Notes: generated by a model not told the origin, from the sequence alone. DNA of 64,000 nt from Ginglymostoma cirratum (GCA_024137785.1 JAHRHZ010000248.1:29568093-29632092), one strand, 5' to 3'. Shown: positions 12,427 through 25,889, counted from the first letter of the stretch. Numbers and translations are program-made.

Positions 12427-12579
12427 ATGCCGTTTACTCTCTTCAGTTTGACTCATACTGGCATAGGATTAAGTTCCCAATGCTGTTCTCCTGGTGAGGA
12501 ATATCATTCAAGAACATCGTGATCACAGATACCTCACTGAACACTTTGGGTGGATTCTGAGATCTGTGAGGTTCCAATC

Positions 12580-13122
12580 TTTCTTCTTGTCCACTAACTG
12601 TCACTGTCACTCCTGGTGTTTGACCAAGTATTTGCTAAAACTCATCTCCACAGCTATATCATATTCCTTAGTGACCACCTCCGGCTCAGACTCACCCCAT
12701 GTGGATTCCAACCAAAGTTTCATCCTTCATGTTTTGAATCCTCCCAGGATCACAGATATCTCCGTGATGTTCAACGTTCCATGGACAGCTGCTCTCGTCA
12801 CATCCTGAGATCCACACTCAGTGCCAAATGGCGTCACATGCACACTCTCGACCTTTCTCTCCAACAGCATCGCAACACACTGGCTCAGGGTTGCACCAGT
12901 CCACAGTTCCACTTCATCCTTCGGCTCAGTCGTCATGCTAACGAGAAACTTTTTGTTTTCCTTTCAGCCATTAAAGCCTACAAGATGCAACAACTCAAAC
13001 GTATCCATGGCCCTCTGGAACCTTCCTCTCCTATCCTTCCATCTGACTCCATTCCCTCTCCCAACCCCATCTCCAGTTGGGTATTCAACATCCCTCCTAA
13101 CCTTCCGCTCTCCGATGCTGAA
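12580..13122 (+). mobile_element. Penelope-like element ORF N-terminal fragment
   Basis: ORF 12616: FDQVFAKTHLHSYIIFLSDHLRLRLTPCGFQ...VFNIPPNLPLSDAE resembles the region preceding RT in fish PLE ORFs. Confidence 0.6.
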
Positions 13123-15911
13123 AAAAAATTAACAACATTTTGTTTGACTCTAGTCTTTTCTGTTAATGCAACAATGTTACTTGTAGATAATTTTTTATCC
13201 CCTCCTTTTTTTTTGCTATGTTGAATAAAGGAAACTTTCTTATAAGCTCCAATACTTCATTTAAAGGATGAAGTGAAAATCCTTATCTTTCAGACGTTAA
13301 CAGCATATTTATTTACAGCATGACCTATTTTTATTTCTGATTTCAAGAATTCACACTCGTTCTTTCAAAGCTTTCTCAGAACGAATTTCACTAGTTTATG
13401 CATGAGCAATTGGATGGAGTGGGGGGAGGGGTGGGAGGAATGAAGTAAATAGCTATACTAGTCCCATCCCACTGAGGCAGATCTTCTGTCAGCTGATGGT
13501 GGAGATTCTAAAATACGAAGATGATCTCACATGCAAAAAACACTACAGCCTAATCATTCCAGTTCTCCCAGATGAGAGACAAAACCCAGCACTGGGAACC
13601 TTTTCAAAAAAAAAAGTCCACATCACATTTGATTAGAAAGTGACACAAAGGTCCTGTCGGCTGGCATTAGACAGTTTTGGAGATACCCTTAGCAAAATGC
13701 AACAGAAGCCCTCATATCTCACTTCCAGAAAGGACAGATTACAGTCTTCCATTATCATCACAGTGCTTGCAAGTTTAATAAAACAACAGATTTTTTTAAA
13801 AAGGCTGACTAAAAAGTATCATAAATTTCCAGACAGGAAACGTTCTTTAATGTGAAAGAGAACCCAACACAATTTTATGTACACACTTCATTGCAGGCAG
13901 TCTTCTGTTATAATATGAGGTGTCAAAACAATTCACTTAACTTTAGGCACAAGGTTATTGGGAAAGGCTGTATACCTGGGATTTACACAGCAACATTTAT
14001 TCATGTTTAAACCATCACAAATACCAAGCCTTTATTTTAGTATATTTTGGAGTTATTTCACAACCTATTTAATGAATTACCTTCCTGCTCACTATTGGAA
14101 GTCAGTGATTGATACTGGTCAGTTGGTCACATGACAAAAATTGATCAGAGCAGACTGCAATTTAGAGAAAGCTCTCTAGACAGTCAGTTGCTAGGCAACT
14201 GTAGCCTTTGGTCAGCAGTGGTCAGTTAGTGTGTGCAATAGCCTTTGTCCCAAAGTGGGCAGTTGGTCTCTGACCTTTAATCTATAAATATATGCATGCA
14301 ACATATATTTAGATATATGTATTTACGTGCAGAGAAAAGTTAAATGCTTAAGGCGCCACATTTGTTTTCTCGTCTTTTACCAATATTCCATAATAACTGC
14401 TTAACCTTTTAAGCAAAGAATTTTCAGCTCTTCTCAGAAGACAAAATGGATTTACCCTTTCAAAATAGCATGAGCACCTTCAACTATAACAAAATGAGAA
14501 AATATTATTGACTTTGGGATATAAAGATTATTCTTCAGGTTGGTGGACTGCATGAAATCTATATTGAACAATAAATGTTGGTAGCAAGATATAGGACAGT
14601 AACTGAACAAAGGGATTCATAAGACATGAAAATGGAACTTTGTGAATTTCTTGACATCATCAGGTCAATCCTTGGAATCGTTCTTTTAAAATGCACATTA
14701 CCAACAACTTTTAGAGAAAAGAAAGCAAATTGTGTAAACCTTAAATAAAACAGAAAATTCTAGAAATAAACAGATTGGTAGGGATCTGGTGTACAAAACA
14801 TATTACAAGAAAAATATAGATAAGGAAAGCCATGCAACTAATTGCTACTCATCTTTTTCAAAAAAATTACCCCACCCCCACAACTTCCATCAAAATGTCT
14901 AATTGTCTTTTATATGACTCCAGGTTACTTTCCCAGGTGACGCCTTTCATCAGAATTGATTTACTATTTCTACTTGGTTAGAAGTGATTTGGTCGCATTG
15001 CTATTTGTGTTACTGATCCTGTTAAATGAAGGTACTTAAGATAAATGAAGCTCCAAATGACGTAATGAAAGAATAATGAAGATAAGGTTGGCACTGAAGG
15101 AACAGACATGTCATATTGTTAAAATAGTAATTGTAATTTTTTTTATACAACAGAAAAATACCGTGTATTGAGTAGATGAGCAAATGCAATACACCATTGT
15201 TGAATTTGAAATTTATGCCATTTACATGAATTTGTTTTGCAACTGTAAATAACATACTGTTTAATTTCCTCTGTTTGTAGAGAGGAATTTTATTAACTAT
15301 ATCAGCTAGGAGGTTTAATAGCAGAGAAATTAGCAAAGGCAATGAATTATTTGGCAGATTCCAAAAGCAAATCTACAACCTAACTGTTTAAATTGTTTGA
15401 TTAGAAGTAACAGCACTTATGTGATGCTGACTGCTTTTCCTCTGTATTCCCTGAAACATTTAATCAACAAAAGTCTGTCAATCAGAGCTTTATAATTTCA
15501 ATTATCCTAATGTCCATAGCATTTTAGGACGTGATTTTCGAATTTGTACTAATCTTTGAGTAAAGAATTGCTTCTTGAATTCATTCCTAAATGATCTAGG
15601 TCTAAATTTAAGATGTTTTCTTCCACCACCACCTCCAAGCCTCCTCCCTGACCAGAATTAAATAGTTCCTCTGTATCTACCTGATTAAATCCCTTTATCT
15701 CCCTCAATCTTCTAAACTCATGGGAATAGAAGGCAAAATGTGCGCAGTCTGGGCTCATAATTTAACCCTTTTAACTCCTGCTGCCATTCCAGTGAATCTG
15801 CACTTTTACTTCAATCCATGCTCAGTTCACCTTTCGTGATGTTTGATGCCTAAAATTGAATGCAGTGCTCCAACTACAGTTTGGCCATGGCTCTTTACAA
15901 GGATTTTAACA

Positions 15912-16262
15912 GTTTCAAAATCTCCCCACCCCGGCCTCATCCTATGACCAACCCTCCCTCTCATCCCCGCCTCCTTGGCATGATATAACCTGTCCATTTT
16001 CTCTCCCACCTATCCACTCCTCCCACTTCACTGACCAATCCCCACTACTCCCTACCTATCACCATCCCACCTACCTTCCCCAGCCCCAGCCCTCCTCTCT
16101 CTATTTATTTCTGAGTTCCCTTCCCCTCCCCCATTTCTGAAGATGGGTCCCGAACTGAAGCGTCAACTTTCCTGCTCCTCTGATGCAGCCTGGCCTGCTG
16201 TGTTCCTCCAGCTCCACACTGTGCTATGTCTGACTACAGCACTGGCAGTTCTTACCTCTCTG
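15912..16262 (+). mobile_element. Penelope pLTR fragment (family C) inside an older minus-strand CR1 remnant (~15540-16640)
   Basis: C-rich pLTR body, then TTTCTGAAGATGGGTCCCGAACTGAAGCGTCAAC (degenerate hammerhead) and CCAGCTCCACACTGTG tail. Confidence 0.75.
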
Positions 16263-18649
16263 AGCACTTCCTCACATTTGGATTCCAACTCTCTTGAAAT
16301 AAAAACCAACATCCCATTAACTTACTGATCATGCTTCGTACCTGAATGCAAGTTTTCAGTAATTTAAGTTCATAAAAAAGCTAAATCTGTTTGTTTCTGC
16401 ACATATCCTGTCCCTCACTATTAAGAAAAGGTTTTGGTTTGTCATCATCAGATCCAGAATGGATGTTGTTAACTTGCTTGGACATCAGTCCTACCCCATC
16501 CAACACATAAGGGTGCAAGTGGCACCTGAAGAATGTTTGATCGTAAAATTGAAGTGTGAATCTAGGAATCCACATATCAATCTCATTAAATTTCCCCAGA
16601 AAAGCCCATGAGTATGGTATGGGGATCTAAGTCTGGAGTAAAATCAATACACATAGCAATACAAAGCAAAATGACAATTCCAGTCTAACTATGCAATTGG
16701 CACTGTAGGCTTCACACTAGTCAATTTAGTTGCAGTGATCCACTTTCAGACTGCCATAGTACGCGTGTTACTGATATTAATGAAGTGAGCTTGTGTAGTA
16801 TGCAAAGTGTATAGGGACAAATGATAGTATGTTTTGTGGAACCTAACTTACAAATGTGACTATAAAAGATTTCACTACATGGAAAACAAGAATAGTGTCA
16901 AGTGACTGACTAAAGATTACAATATTTTAATTCTGAGAATAACACTCACAGAACAAGATTGTGAACTGAAAGTTTATTAATTCATAAGGTAAATATTCAA
17001 CAATTTCCTAATGCTGACACCCAACAATGGTATTCAAGCACTGCTGAGAGAGGGGAACCTCACCTGTTCAAGTGCATTTGAAAAATCATGAGTCCGATCA
17101 GGTAGCGGCAAATGACATTGCCAGATTTATGCTCTCACTCATGTTGTAATGAAGGTTCATAACGTAGTATTATTATTAATTGAGAACTTGAGTTCTAAAA
17201 TGGAGCAAATGTATTTTAGTTTTTCACTTCTGACACTTTTTAAAAGTCGTTTTGGTCATTGAATTTAAGACAGCATTTACAGGAAGTCATGTGACTACGA
17301 CTAAATGAACAGTAAGCCACTTGGGAAGATAATTGTTTGTTAACTTTGAGTTTTACAACACCCCAGGGAGAGAGAGAGACAGACTGACCAAAGGAGCTAC
17401 AAATAGGCTCATGCTAGGTAGGAAGAAGCCTGGAAGAACAAGTGTGCTCTTATTAGCAGTCTCCAAGCAGTCAGGGCTAAGGAGGAGTCCTGAAGTGCAT
17501 AGAAATCAGTGAGAAGAGAGCTTCAGAAGCAAAAGACTTTTGGGGTATCATAGAGTAAGACATCCCAAGTTTATGGAATCTATATTAAGTATTAGCGGAA
17601 TCTAGCAGTTTGTTTTGTAGTTTTGAGGGAGATACATTAACTAAACAAATCAGTATTGAGTAACCATGCAGAAATTTACTGAAGGAAGCTGATTACAGCT
17701 GTGCCAACAGAGCAAGAAACTCTGGCATTGTGATGGGGGAATTTTAGTGTCTATAAGTGTATTACTCGGAAAAAGTGGTGAATCTTTCTTTCTGATTTTT
17801 GTAATGTATATAATGTAATTTTGCCAATTGTTTTCTTTTGTGCTATAATGTTTTAAATTTTCTTTTGCTAAATGTATGTTAGCAGCTCTAAGGTTTTGGA
17901 GTAGATTTGTAGCTCGGGTTGTTGGTATTGTGGTTGGTTGGCTCGTTGAGCTGGTTTGTTTATTTACAGCATATATCAAAAAAAATGCAACTTTGCCTTA
18001 ATTAAACCAGCTCGACGAGCCAACCAACCACAGTTTATTAGCAGCCTTGTGTGAATATGCTCAGTGACTGATCTCCATGATAAACAATAAGAAATAAATC
18101 AAGCCAGATTTTACTCTGAGATCTGACTTGACCAGTACTACCATTAGTTGTGAACATAACAAAGTGGGAGCTCTTTGCAAGATCAAAATTACTTAAATTT
18201 AAGAACATGAATCTTGAAAACTGAGTTATGTTGAGATATTGGGCATAACAACAAGAGATTTGTGAAGTGTATTACAAAGGTTGGAATTTTAACATGGCTT
18301 TGACTATTGCTGAGACTTTTCTGGGAGTAGAAGAAATAACAGGGAATATTTTAAAATCTTTGACTAAGACAAAACTTAGAGAGCTGGTAGCTAAATTGGA
18401 GGTAGGAATAAAAGCAAAACCTCATAGAGATGAGATTCTTCAGGTATTACCCATCATATAGAAGTAAAAGGAGGAAAATTTGGAATTGATGTGTCATTGC
18501 TAGAGAAAGAGTTGAAGGAAAAACAAGAGACATGAAAAGAGAGAAGAAAGAAGTACACAGAGAACTGGAAAGAGAAGAGAAAGAAAACAAAAGCTGAAAA
18601 CAAAAAAGCTTGAAGAAAAGAAGGAAATAGAATTTTAAAATCTTAAATA

Positions 18650-20267
18650 TGACTCAGCTAAAAACATTTAAAGAAAAAAAGAAAAAGCAGGCATATGTAA
18701 GGTTTACAAAACTGAAACCAGAGAAAGCCTTCAGGAATACAAAGGAAGCAGGAAAAAAGTTTAACAAGGAACTTGGGGGGCTAAAACATGCCATAAAATG
18801 TCCTTGGCAAGTAAGATTAATGTGAATCCCGAGGCAATTTATACAAAATTAGGAGCAACAGGGTAGCTAGGGAAAGGGTAGGTCCACTCAAGGACAAAGG
18901 ATGGAATTTATGCTGGAACCAGAGAAAATGTGTGTGGTCCTTAATGAGTATTTTGCATTGGCATTCACCAAGGAGAAGGACATGGATGACTAGGGAGCAG
19001 TATGTTGATATTCTAGGGCATGTTACCATTAAGAAGGAGGAAGTGTTGGGTGTCTTCGAAAACATTAAGGTAGACAAGTCCTCAGGCCTGATGGGATCTA
19101 ACCCAGGATACTAAGGGAGGCAAGGAAGGAGATTGCTGAGGCCTTGACAGAGATCATTGTGCGCTCTTTAGCCATAGGTGAGGTTTCAAAAGCCTGGAGA
19201 ATAGCCAATTTCTTCTTTTGTTTAAAAAGGACAATTGGGATAACTCAGGAAATTATAGACTGGTGAGCCTTACATCATTAGTAGGGAAATTATTAGAGAA
19301 GATTCTTGGGGACATGATTTACTCACATTTGGAAAAGAATGGACTTATTAGGGATAGTCAATATAGCTTAGTGCAGGAGAGGTCTTGTATCACAAGTTTG
19401 TTTTTTGAGGAAGTAAGGAAAATGATTGAGAATGGGGCAGTCAATATTGTCTACATGGACTTTCCTAAAGCATTTGACAAGGTCCCTCGTGGTATGCTGG
19501 TCCAGAAGATTAAGAAAAGATCCATGAGGGTCTAGGCCCAAAACGTCAAGCTTTCCTGCTCCTATGATGCTGCTTGGCCTGCTGTGTTCATCCAGCTCCA
19601 CACCTTGTTATCTAAGAAAAGATCCATGGTGAGTTGATAAGTTGAATACAAAATTGGCTTGCCCATAGAAGACAGAGCGTAGTTGTGGAGCTGCAATTTT
19701 TTGACCGGAGGTCTGTGACCAGTGATATTCCACAAGGATCAGTGCTGGGACCTCTGTTGTTTGTAATATATAAAAATGATTTGAATGAAATGTAGATGAT
19801 CTGATTAGTAAGTTTGCAGGTGACATAAAAATTAGTGGAGTTGTGGATAGTGAGGAAGGTTATCGAAGGACACAGAAGGATCTAGCTCAGCTGGAAAGTT
19901 GCATGGCAAAATGGTAGATGCAGGTTAATCTGTACAAGTGTGAGGTGATGCATTTTTGGAAATCAAATGCAATAGGAAAGTATACAGTAAATGGTAGGAC
20001 CCTGAGGAGCATTGATATACAGAGGGATCTTGTAGTGCAACTCCATAGTGCTCTGAAAGTGGCAGCACAATTAGAAAAAGTGTTAAAGAAGGCATATAGT
20101 ATGCTTGTCCTCATTGAATATAAAAGTTTGCAAGTCATCTTGTAGCTTTATAAGATTTTAGTTAGGCCACATTCGGAGTATTGTATTCAGTTCTGGTCAC
20201 CACACTATAGGAAGGATGTGGAATCTTTGGAAAGGGTGCAAAAGAGATTTACCAGGATGATAACAAG
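18650..20267 (+). mobile_element. Degraded CR1 LINE RT fragment
   Basis: NYRLVSLTSLVGKLLE, VYMDFPKAFDKVP, KCEVMHF and LERVQKRFTRM motifs across frameshifted ORFs. Confidence 0.9.
19527..19612 (+). mobile_element. 86-bp family A pLTR mini-insertion inside CR1
   Basis: AGGGTCTAGGCCCAAAACGTCAAG...CCTTGTTATC; TSD TAAGAAAAGATCCATG at 19511-19526 and 19613-19628. Confidence 0.9.
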
Positions 20268-20309
20268 CATGGGGCTGGATGAACACATCTCCTCTAAACA
20301 TTCTGCGTC

Positions 20310-20610
20310 TGAGAAGGGGAAGAATTTCTTCATGTCTGCCTTATCCATGCCTCTCATAATTTTATACATCTCAATCATGTCCCCTCTTGATCTCATCTGC
20401 TCTGAGGAAAACAACTCCAGTCTGTCCAATTTCTCTTCATAACTGAAACTCTTCAGCCCAGGCAACATCCTGGTAAATCTCCACTGCACCTTCCCCAGTG
20501 CTATCACATCCCTCCCATAATGCGTATTCCAAAACTGCACACAATAGTCCAGTTGTGGCCTAAGCAACATTGTATACAGTTCCAGCATTGCCTCCCTGCT
20601 ATTAAACTCA
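20310..20610 (-). mobile_element. CR1 LINE RT C-terminal fragment
   Basis: ORF 20205-20588(-): LYTMLLRPQLDYCVQFW..RFTRMLPGL..RGDMIEMYKIMRG. Confidence 0.88.
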
Positions 20611-22559
20611 AAACAAGCATCAGATCTGGTGAATTCCTATGATATTTTACACAGACTGTTACATATGGAGCATGGTCATATGAGAATCAACAGGAAATTG
20701 GAGGAATAGAAAGTCAGTGAACAGGAAAGGTACTCATTTTAGGGAACAATCAGATGGAACCAAAAGCGATGTGAAAAGAATAATATGCTTACATTCTAAA
20801 AGCTAAAAGCTGGAAATTAAATGAGAGAACCATTGCAAAAGCAGGAGTGCCTAACAAATCCTCAGAAGACGAAAAGAAATGAATATTAAAACTATGTCAA
20901 TGGCATAAGTGGAGCCTATCTCCTCAGAACATACTAGGAAAAGTGAAATGGTTCAGATTATGGCTTGATTTTGACTATTGTTTCAAAAGAAGAGGTCTTT
21001 CCTTATTCTTCTAATCAAGGAGGCAAACCAATAAAGATGTTTGGAGACATTGAAGCAAGTTGGTTACAGATGCTGCCTGATTATCTGAGTTGTCTTCCAG
21101 AAAGACTAATGAAAAAAAAACTTTAATTGAAGGCATACATGGATTAGGGTTAGGATTAGGGTTACAAACCAGTCCCATTACATAGACATAGAATAAAGAG
21201 CATCTTGGTAAGTGGAGATGTTGTCATTGCAATAGTGCAACCAATCCTGATAGAAGAATTTGATTTTATCTTAAGGAATGACCCAGCTGGTTAAAAATAT
21301 TGGCCTCACTGAGGGTTTTGGTAAAAAGAAAACAGTGCAAGTGAAAGAAACTGAGGTGTTAAGAAGGAACTTCCTGAGTTGTTTCCCAGTTGTACTGTGA
21401 CTAGATCCATACCTGGCATAAAATAGAAAACCCCTGGATCATTTGCTGTACTGTTTAAAAACAAAGGAAGTTAAACGACAATTTATACATTATACAATTT
21501 AGGTCTCATAACATATGTGGGTTTCCACAAAACCTTCACCAAAGTACCACGAAATCAAACTATGTCTATGAGTTGGAACAGCTTAAATCAGGGAACAAGT
21601 AGCAGAATGAATGGAGAGCAGGCGACAATGGAAAAACAGAAAGTAGGGGTTAAAGGTCACTCTGAGGTAAATGGGAAGGGAGGGGTATATGAATGTGGGA
21701 TGGGTTGGTGGGCGAAGACAAAGTGGGGAGAGGACAGTTGATATTAATGTTGGAGGGTGCCTTCCCAGAGCAGCCTAGCCTTGCTGATGCTGGGTTGCCT
21801 GATTGGGCACAGTGTAATTGAGAACTAGGCCTCTACTGTCCACTCCCTCCAGTAGACCTCAGAAACAGACAGGATTTGCTGGTTGGTCTTCCTCGATAGC
21901 AAATTCCCCACTTGCTTGTGAATTTCCAGCAGGGGTGGAGTGAGGCCCTGAGCTGGCCAAAAGCCTCAGTTGGTCTGTTGGAGCTGTAAGGCCATCCTCC
22001 ACCCTACCCGCTTACAGCTTGTTTGTTAGGAAAGTTGATGGGACCTCCAGCCCATATCACCCCAATTGGTCAAACTGAACCCTGCCTCCAAACTCACCTG
22101 GAAGTTCTTTAGGGAGGCGTTAAATTCCTCCCACTGACTTTAAATTCCAGCTATTAAGGAGATGCCACTACAGTACTGCAGAATTAAAAATATTTCAGCC
22201 TTGGTCAGAAATGGTTATAGGAGAAACCCTGTGATTACAGACCAACTATTTTAACTTTAGTAGTGGGAAAACATTCGGAAGTTATGATAATCTAAACAGT
22301 ATTAACAATTATTTGAACAAGTACAGATAAATGAAGAAAAGCCAGCATGGATTTATTAAATTCATATCATGTTTAACTAACATAATTGAGTTTTTGATTA
22401 AGTAACCAAGATGGTTAATGAGGCAATTAGGTTCTTTTAACTTGAAAGGCCAGACAAAAAAGCTTTCTAAAGTTTTCACAGGCATCAGCATGTCATTAAA
22501 AGTCTTACTTGCAGGAATTAAGTTCCCAATTAAGTTATTCCTGAATGAGAAATAAGTAC

Positions 22560-25500
22560 CTTCAGATTTCTGAATGTTCTGGGATGCAGCTGTTGGATTG
22601 TATGAATGGCTGCCGCTTTGGGGACGTTTGTTTGACCAGGTGTTGACTGAGATCAGTTGAGATGAGTCTAAAGGGATGTGGAGCAGGGAGGCAGGCCAAG
22701 AAAAGCATCCTGCCGAGGGCACATAGTCTGGCCACGGGAGGCAAGGGAAAGTGAGAATAAGAGAAGTTAAGAAAGACAACAGAATCAATGGAGCAGATAA
22801 CTCAAGAAACGATCGTACAGTATGGCCAAGTGAAATAGGGATTGATAGGAAGGGTGAGGGGAGTAACGAATTAAAAGTATTATATATGAATGCACGAAGC
22901 ATAAGAAATAAGGTGGATGAGCTTGATGCTCAGTTGGAAATTGGCAGGTACGATGTTGTGGGGATAACTGAGACGTGGCTTCACGTGGTCAGGGCCTGGG
23001 AAATGAATATTCAAGGCTATACGTGCTATCGAAAGGACAGATTGACGGGCAGAGGGGGTGGGGTGGCCCTGTTGGTGAGGAATGATATTCAGTCCCTTGC
23101 GAGGGGGGACATAGAATCAGGAGATGTAGAGTCAGTATGGATACAGCTGAGAAATTCTAAGGGTAGAAAGACCCTAATGGGAGTTATCTACAGGCCCCCA
23201 AACAGTAGTCTGGATGTAGGATGTAAGTTGAATCAGGAGTTGAAATTGGCATGTCGCACAGGTATTGCTACAGTTGTTATGGGGGATTTCAACATGCAGG
23301 TAGACTGGGAGAATCAGGATGGTACTGACCCCAAGAAAGGGAGTTTGTGGAATGCCTCCGAGATGGATTCTTAGAACAGCTTGTACTGGAGCCTACCAGG
23401 GAGAAGGCAATTCTGGATCTGGTGTTGTGCAACGAACCGGATTTGATCAGGGACCTCGAAGTAAAGGAGCCATTAGGAGGTAGTGACCATAATACGATAA
23501 GTTTTAATCTGCAATTTGAGAGGGAGAAGGGAGAATCGGAAGTGTCAGTATTGCAGTTGAACAAAGGGAACTATGGAGCTATGAGGGAGGAGCTGGCCAA
23601 AGTTCAATGGTGCAATACCCTAGCAGGGATGGCAGTGGAACAACAATGGCAGGTATTTCTGGATATAATGCAGAAGGTGCAGGATCAGTTCATTCCAAAG
23701 AGGAAGAAAGATCCTGAGGGGATGCAGGGGCGGCCGTGGCTGTCGAGGGAAGTTAAGGACTGTATAAAGATAAAAGAGAAGAAGTATAACATAGCAAAGA
23801 TGGGCGGGAAGCCGGAGGACTGGGAAACTTTTAAAGAGCAACAGAAGATAACGAAAAAGGCAATACGCGGAGAAAAAATGAGGTACGAAGGCAAACTAGC
23901 CAAAAATATAAAGGATGCTTGTAAAAGCTTTTTTAGCTATGTGAAAAGAAATAAAATGGTTAAGACTAAAATTGGGCCCTTGAAGACAGAAACGGGTGAA
24001 TTTATTATGGGGAACAAGGAAATGGCAGAAGAGTTGAATAGATACTTTGGATCTGTCTTCACTAGGGGAGACACAAACAATCTCCCAGATGTAACAGTGG
24101 CTGAAGGACCTAGGGTAATGGATGAACTGAAGGGAATTTATATTAGGCAGGAAATGGTGTTGAACAGACTGTTAGGTCTGAAGGCTGATAAGTCCCCGGG
24201 ACCTGATGGTCTGCATCCCAGGGTACTTAAGGAGGTGACTCTAGAAATCGTGGACGCATTGGTAATCATTTTCCAATGTTCTATAGATTCAGGATCAGTT
24301 CCTGCGGATTGGAGGGTGGCTAATGTTGTCCCACTTTTCAAGAAAGGAGGGAGAGAGAAAACAGGGAACTATAGACCAGTTAGCCTGACGTCAGTGGTGG
24401 GAAAGATGCTGGAGTCAATTATAAAAGATGAAATTACAACTCATTGGGATAGCAGTAACAGGATAGGTCAGAGTCAGCATGGATTTACGAAGGGGAAATC
24501 GTGCTTGACTAATCTTCTGGAATTTTTTGAGGATGTAACTATGAAGATGGACAAGGGAGAGCCAGTGGATGTAGTGTACCTGGACTTTCAGAAAGCCTTT
24601 GATAAAGTCCCACATAGGAGATTAGTGAGCAAAATTAGGGCACATGGTATTGGGGGCAAAATACTGACTTGGATTGAAAATTGGCTGGCTGACATGAAGC
24701 AAAGAGTAGTGATAAACGGGTCCCTTTTGGAATGGCAGGCGGTGACCAATGGGGTACTGCAAGGTTCGGTGCTGGGACCGCAGCTGTTTACAATATACAT
24801 TAATGATATAGATGAAGGCATTAAAAGTAATATTAGCAAATTTGCTGATGACACAAAGCTGGGTGGCAGTATGAAATGTGAGGAGGATGTTATGAGAATA
24901 CAGGGTGACTTGGACAGGCTAGGTGAGTGGACGGATGCATATCAGATGCAGTTTAGTGTGGACAAATGTGAGGTTATCCACTTTGGTGGCAAGAACAGGA
25001 AGGCAGATTACTATCTAAATGGAGTCAAGTTCGGTAAAGGGGAAGTACAACGAGATCTAGGTGATCTTGTACATCAGTCAATGAAAGCAAGCATGCAGGT
25101 ACAGCAGGCAGTGAAGAAAGCTAATGGCATGCTGGCCTTCATAACAAGAGGAATTGAGTATAGGAGCAAAGAAGTCCTTCTGCAGCTGTACAGGGCCCTG
25201 GTGAGACCGCACCTGGTGTATTGTGTGCAGTTTTGGTCTCCAAATTTGAGGAAGGACATTCTTGCTATTGAGGGAGTGCAGCGTAGATTCACGAGGTTAA
25301 TTCCCGGAATGGTGAGACTATCATATGTTGAAAGATTGGAGCGACTGGGCTTGTATACACTTGAGTTTAGAAGGATGAGAGGGGATCTGATTGAGACATA
25401 TAAGATTATTAAGGGATTGGACACTCTGGAGGCAGGGAGCATGTTTCCGCTGATGGGTGAGTCCAGAACCAGAGGACACAGTTTAAAAATAAGGGGTAGG

Positions 25501-25787
25501 CCATTTAGAACAGAGTTGAGGAAAAACTTCTTCACCCAGAGAGTGGTGGATATATGGAATGCTCTGCCCCAGAAGGCAGTGGAGGCCAAGTCTCTGGATA
25601 CTTTCAAGAAAGAGATGGATAGAGCTCTTATAGATAATGGAATCAAGGGTTATGGGGATAAGGCAGGAACAGGATACTGATTGTGGATGATCAGCCATGA
25701 TCATAATGAATGGTGGTGCTGGCTCGAAGGGCCGAATAGCCTACTCCTGCATCTATTGTTTATTGTCTATTGTCTATTGTCTATTGT
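22560..25787 (+). mobile_element. Young CR1 LINE with near-complete ORF2 (APE endonuclease + RT), one frameshift at ~23327; ORF1 essentially absent
   Basis: 22751-23374: YMNARSI, ITETWL, GGGVAL, YRPP, MGDFN (APE); 23347-25680: SDHN, QHGF, YLDFQKAFDKVP, QGSVLGP, KFADD; 3' UTR ends in (TCTATTG)n at 25752-25787. Confidence 0.96.
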
Positions 25788-25889
25788 GTGGGATGGAGAG
25801 GCAGCATACCTGGTACCCAGTTTCAAGGGACATTAGTATTAATGTTTGCACACTCTGTAAGAATACATGTGCCTTCACTTATCTTGGAG

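Larger units (their letters stand above)
17140..21420 (+). mobile_element. Decayed Gmr1-like Gypsy LTR retrotransposon (LTR, PBS, gag start, protease), split by CR1 insertions at ~18650-20610
   Basis: Probable LTR end CATAACA (~18161) followed by PBS-like AAGTGGGAGCTC; gag-like MALTIAETFLGVEEIT..LTKTKLRELVAKLE (18294); protease-like IKMFGDIEAS, VPLHRHRIKSILVSGDVVIAIV..FILRNDPAG and FPSCTVTRS (21030-21410). 5' boundary uncertain. Confidence 0.65.
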
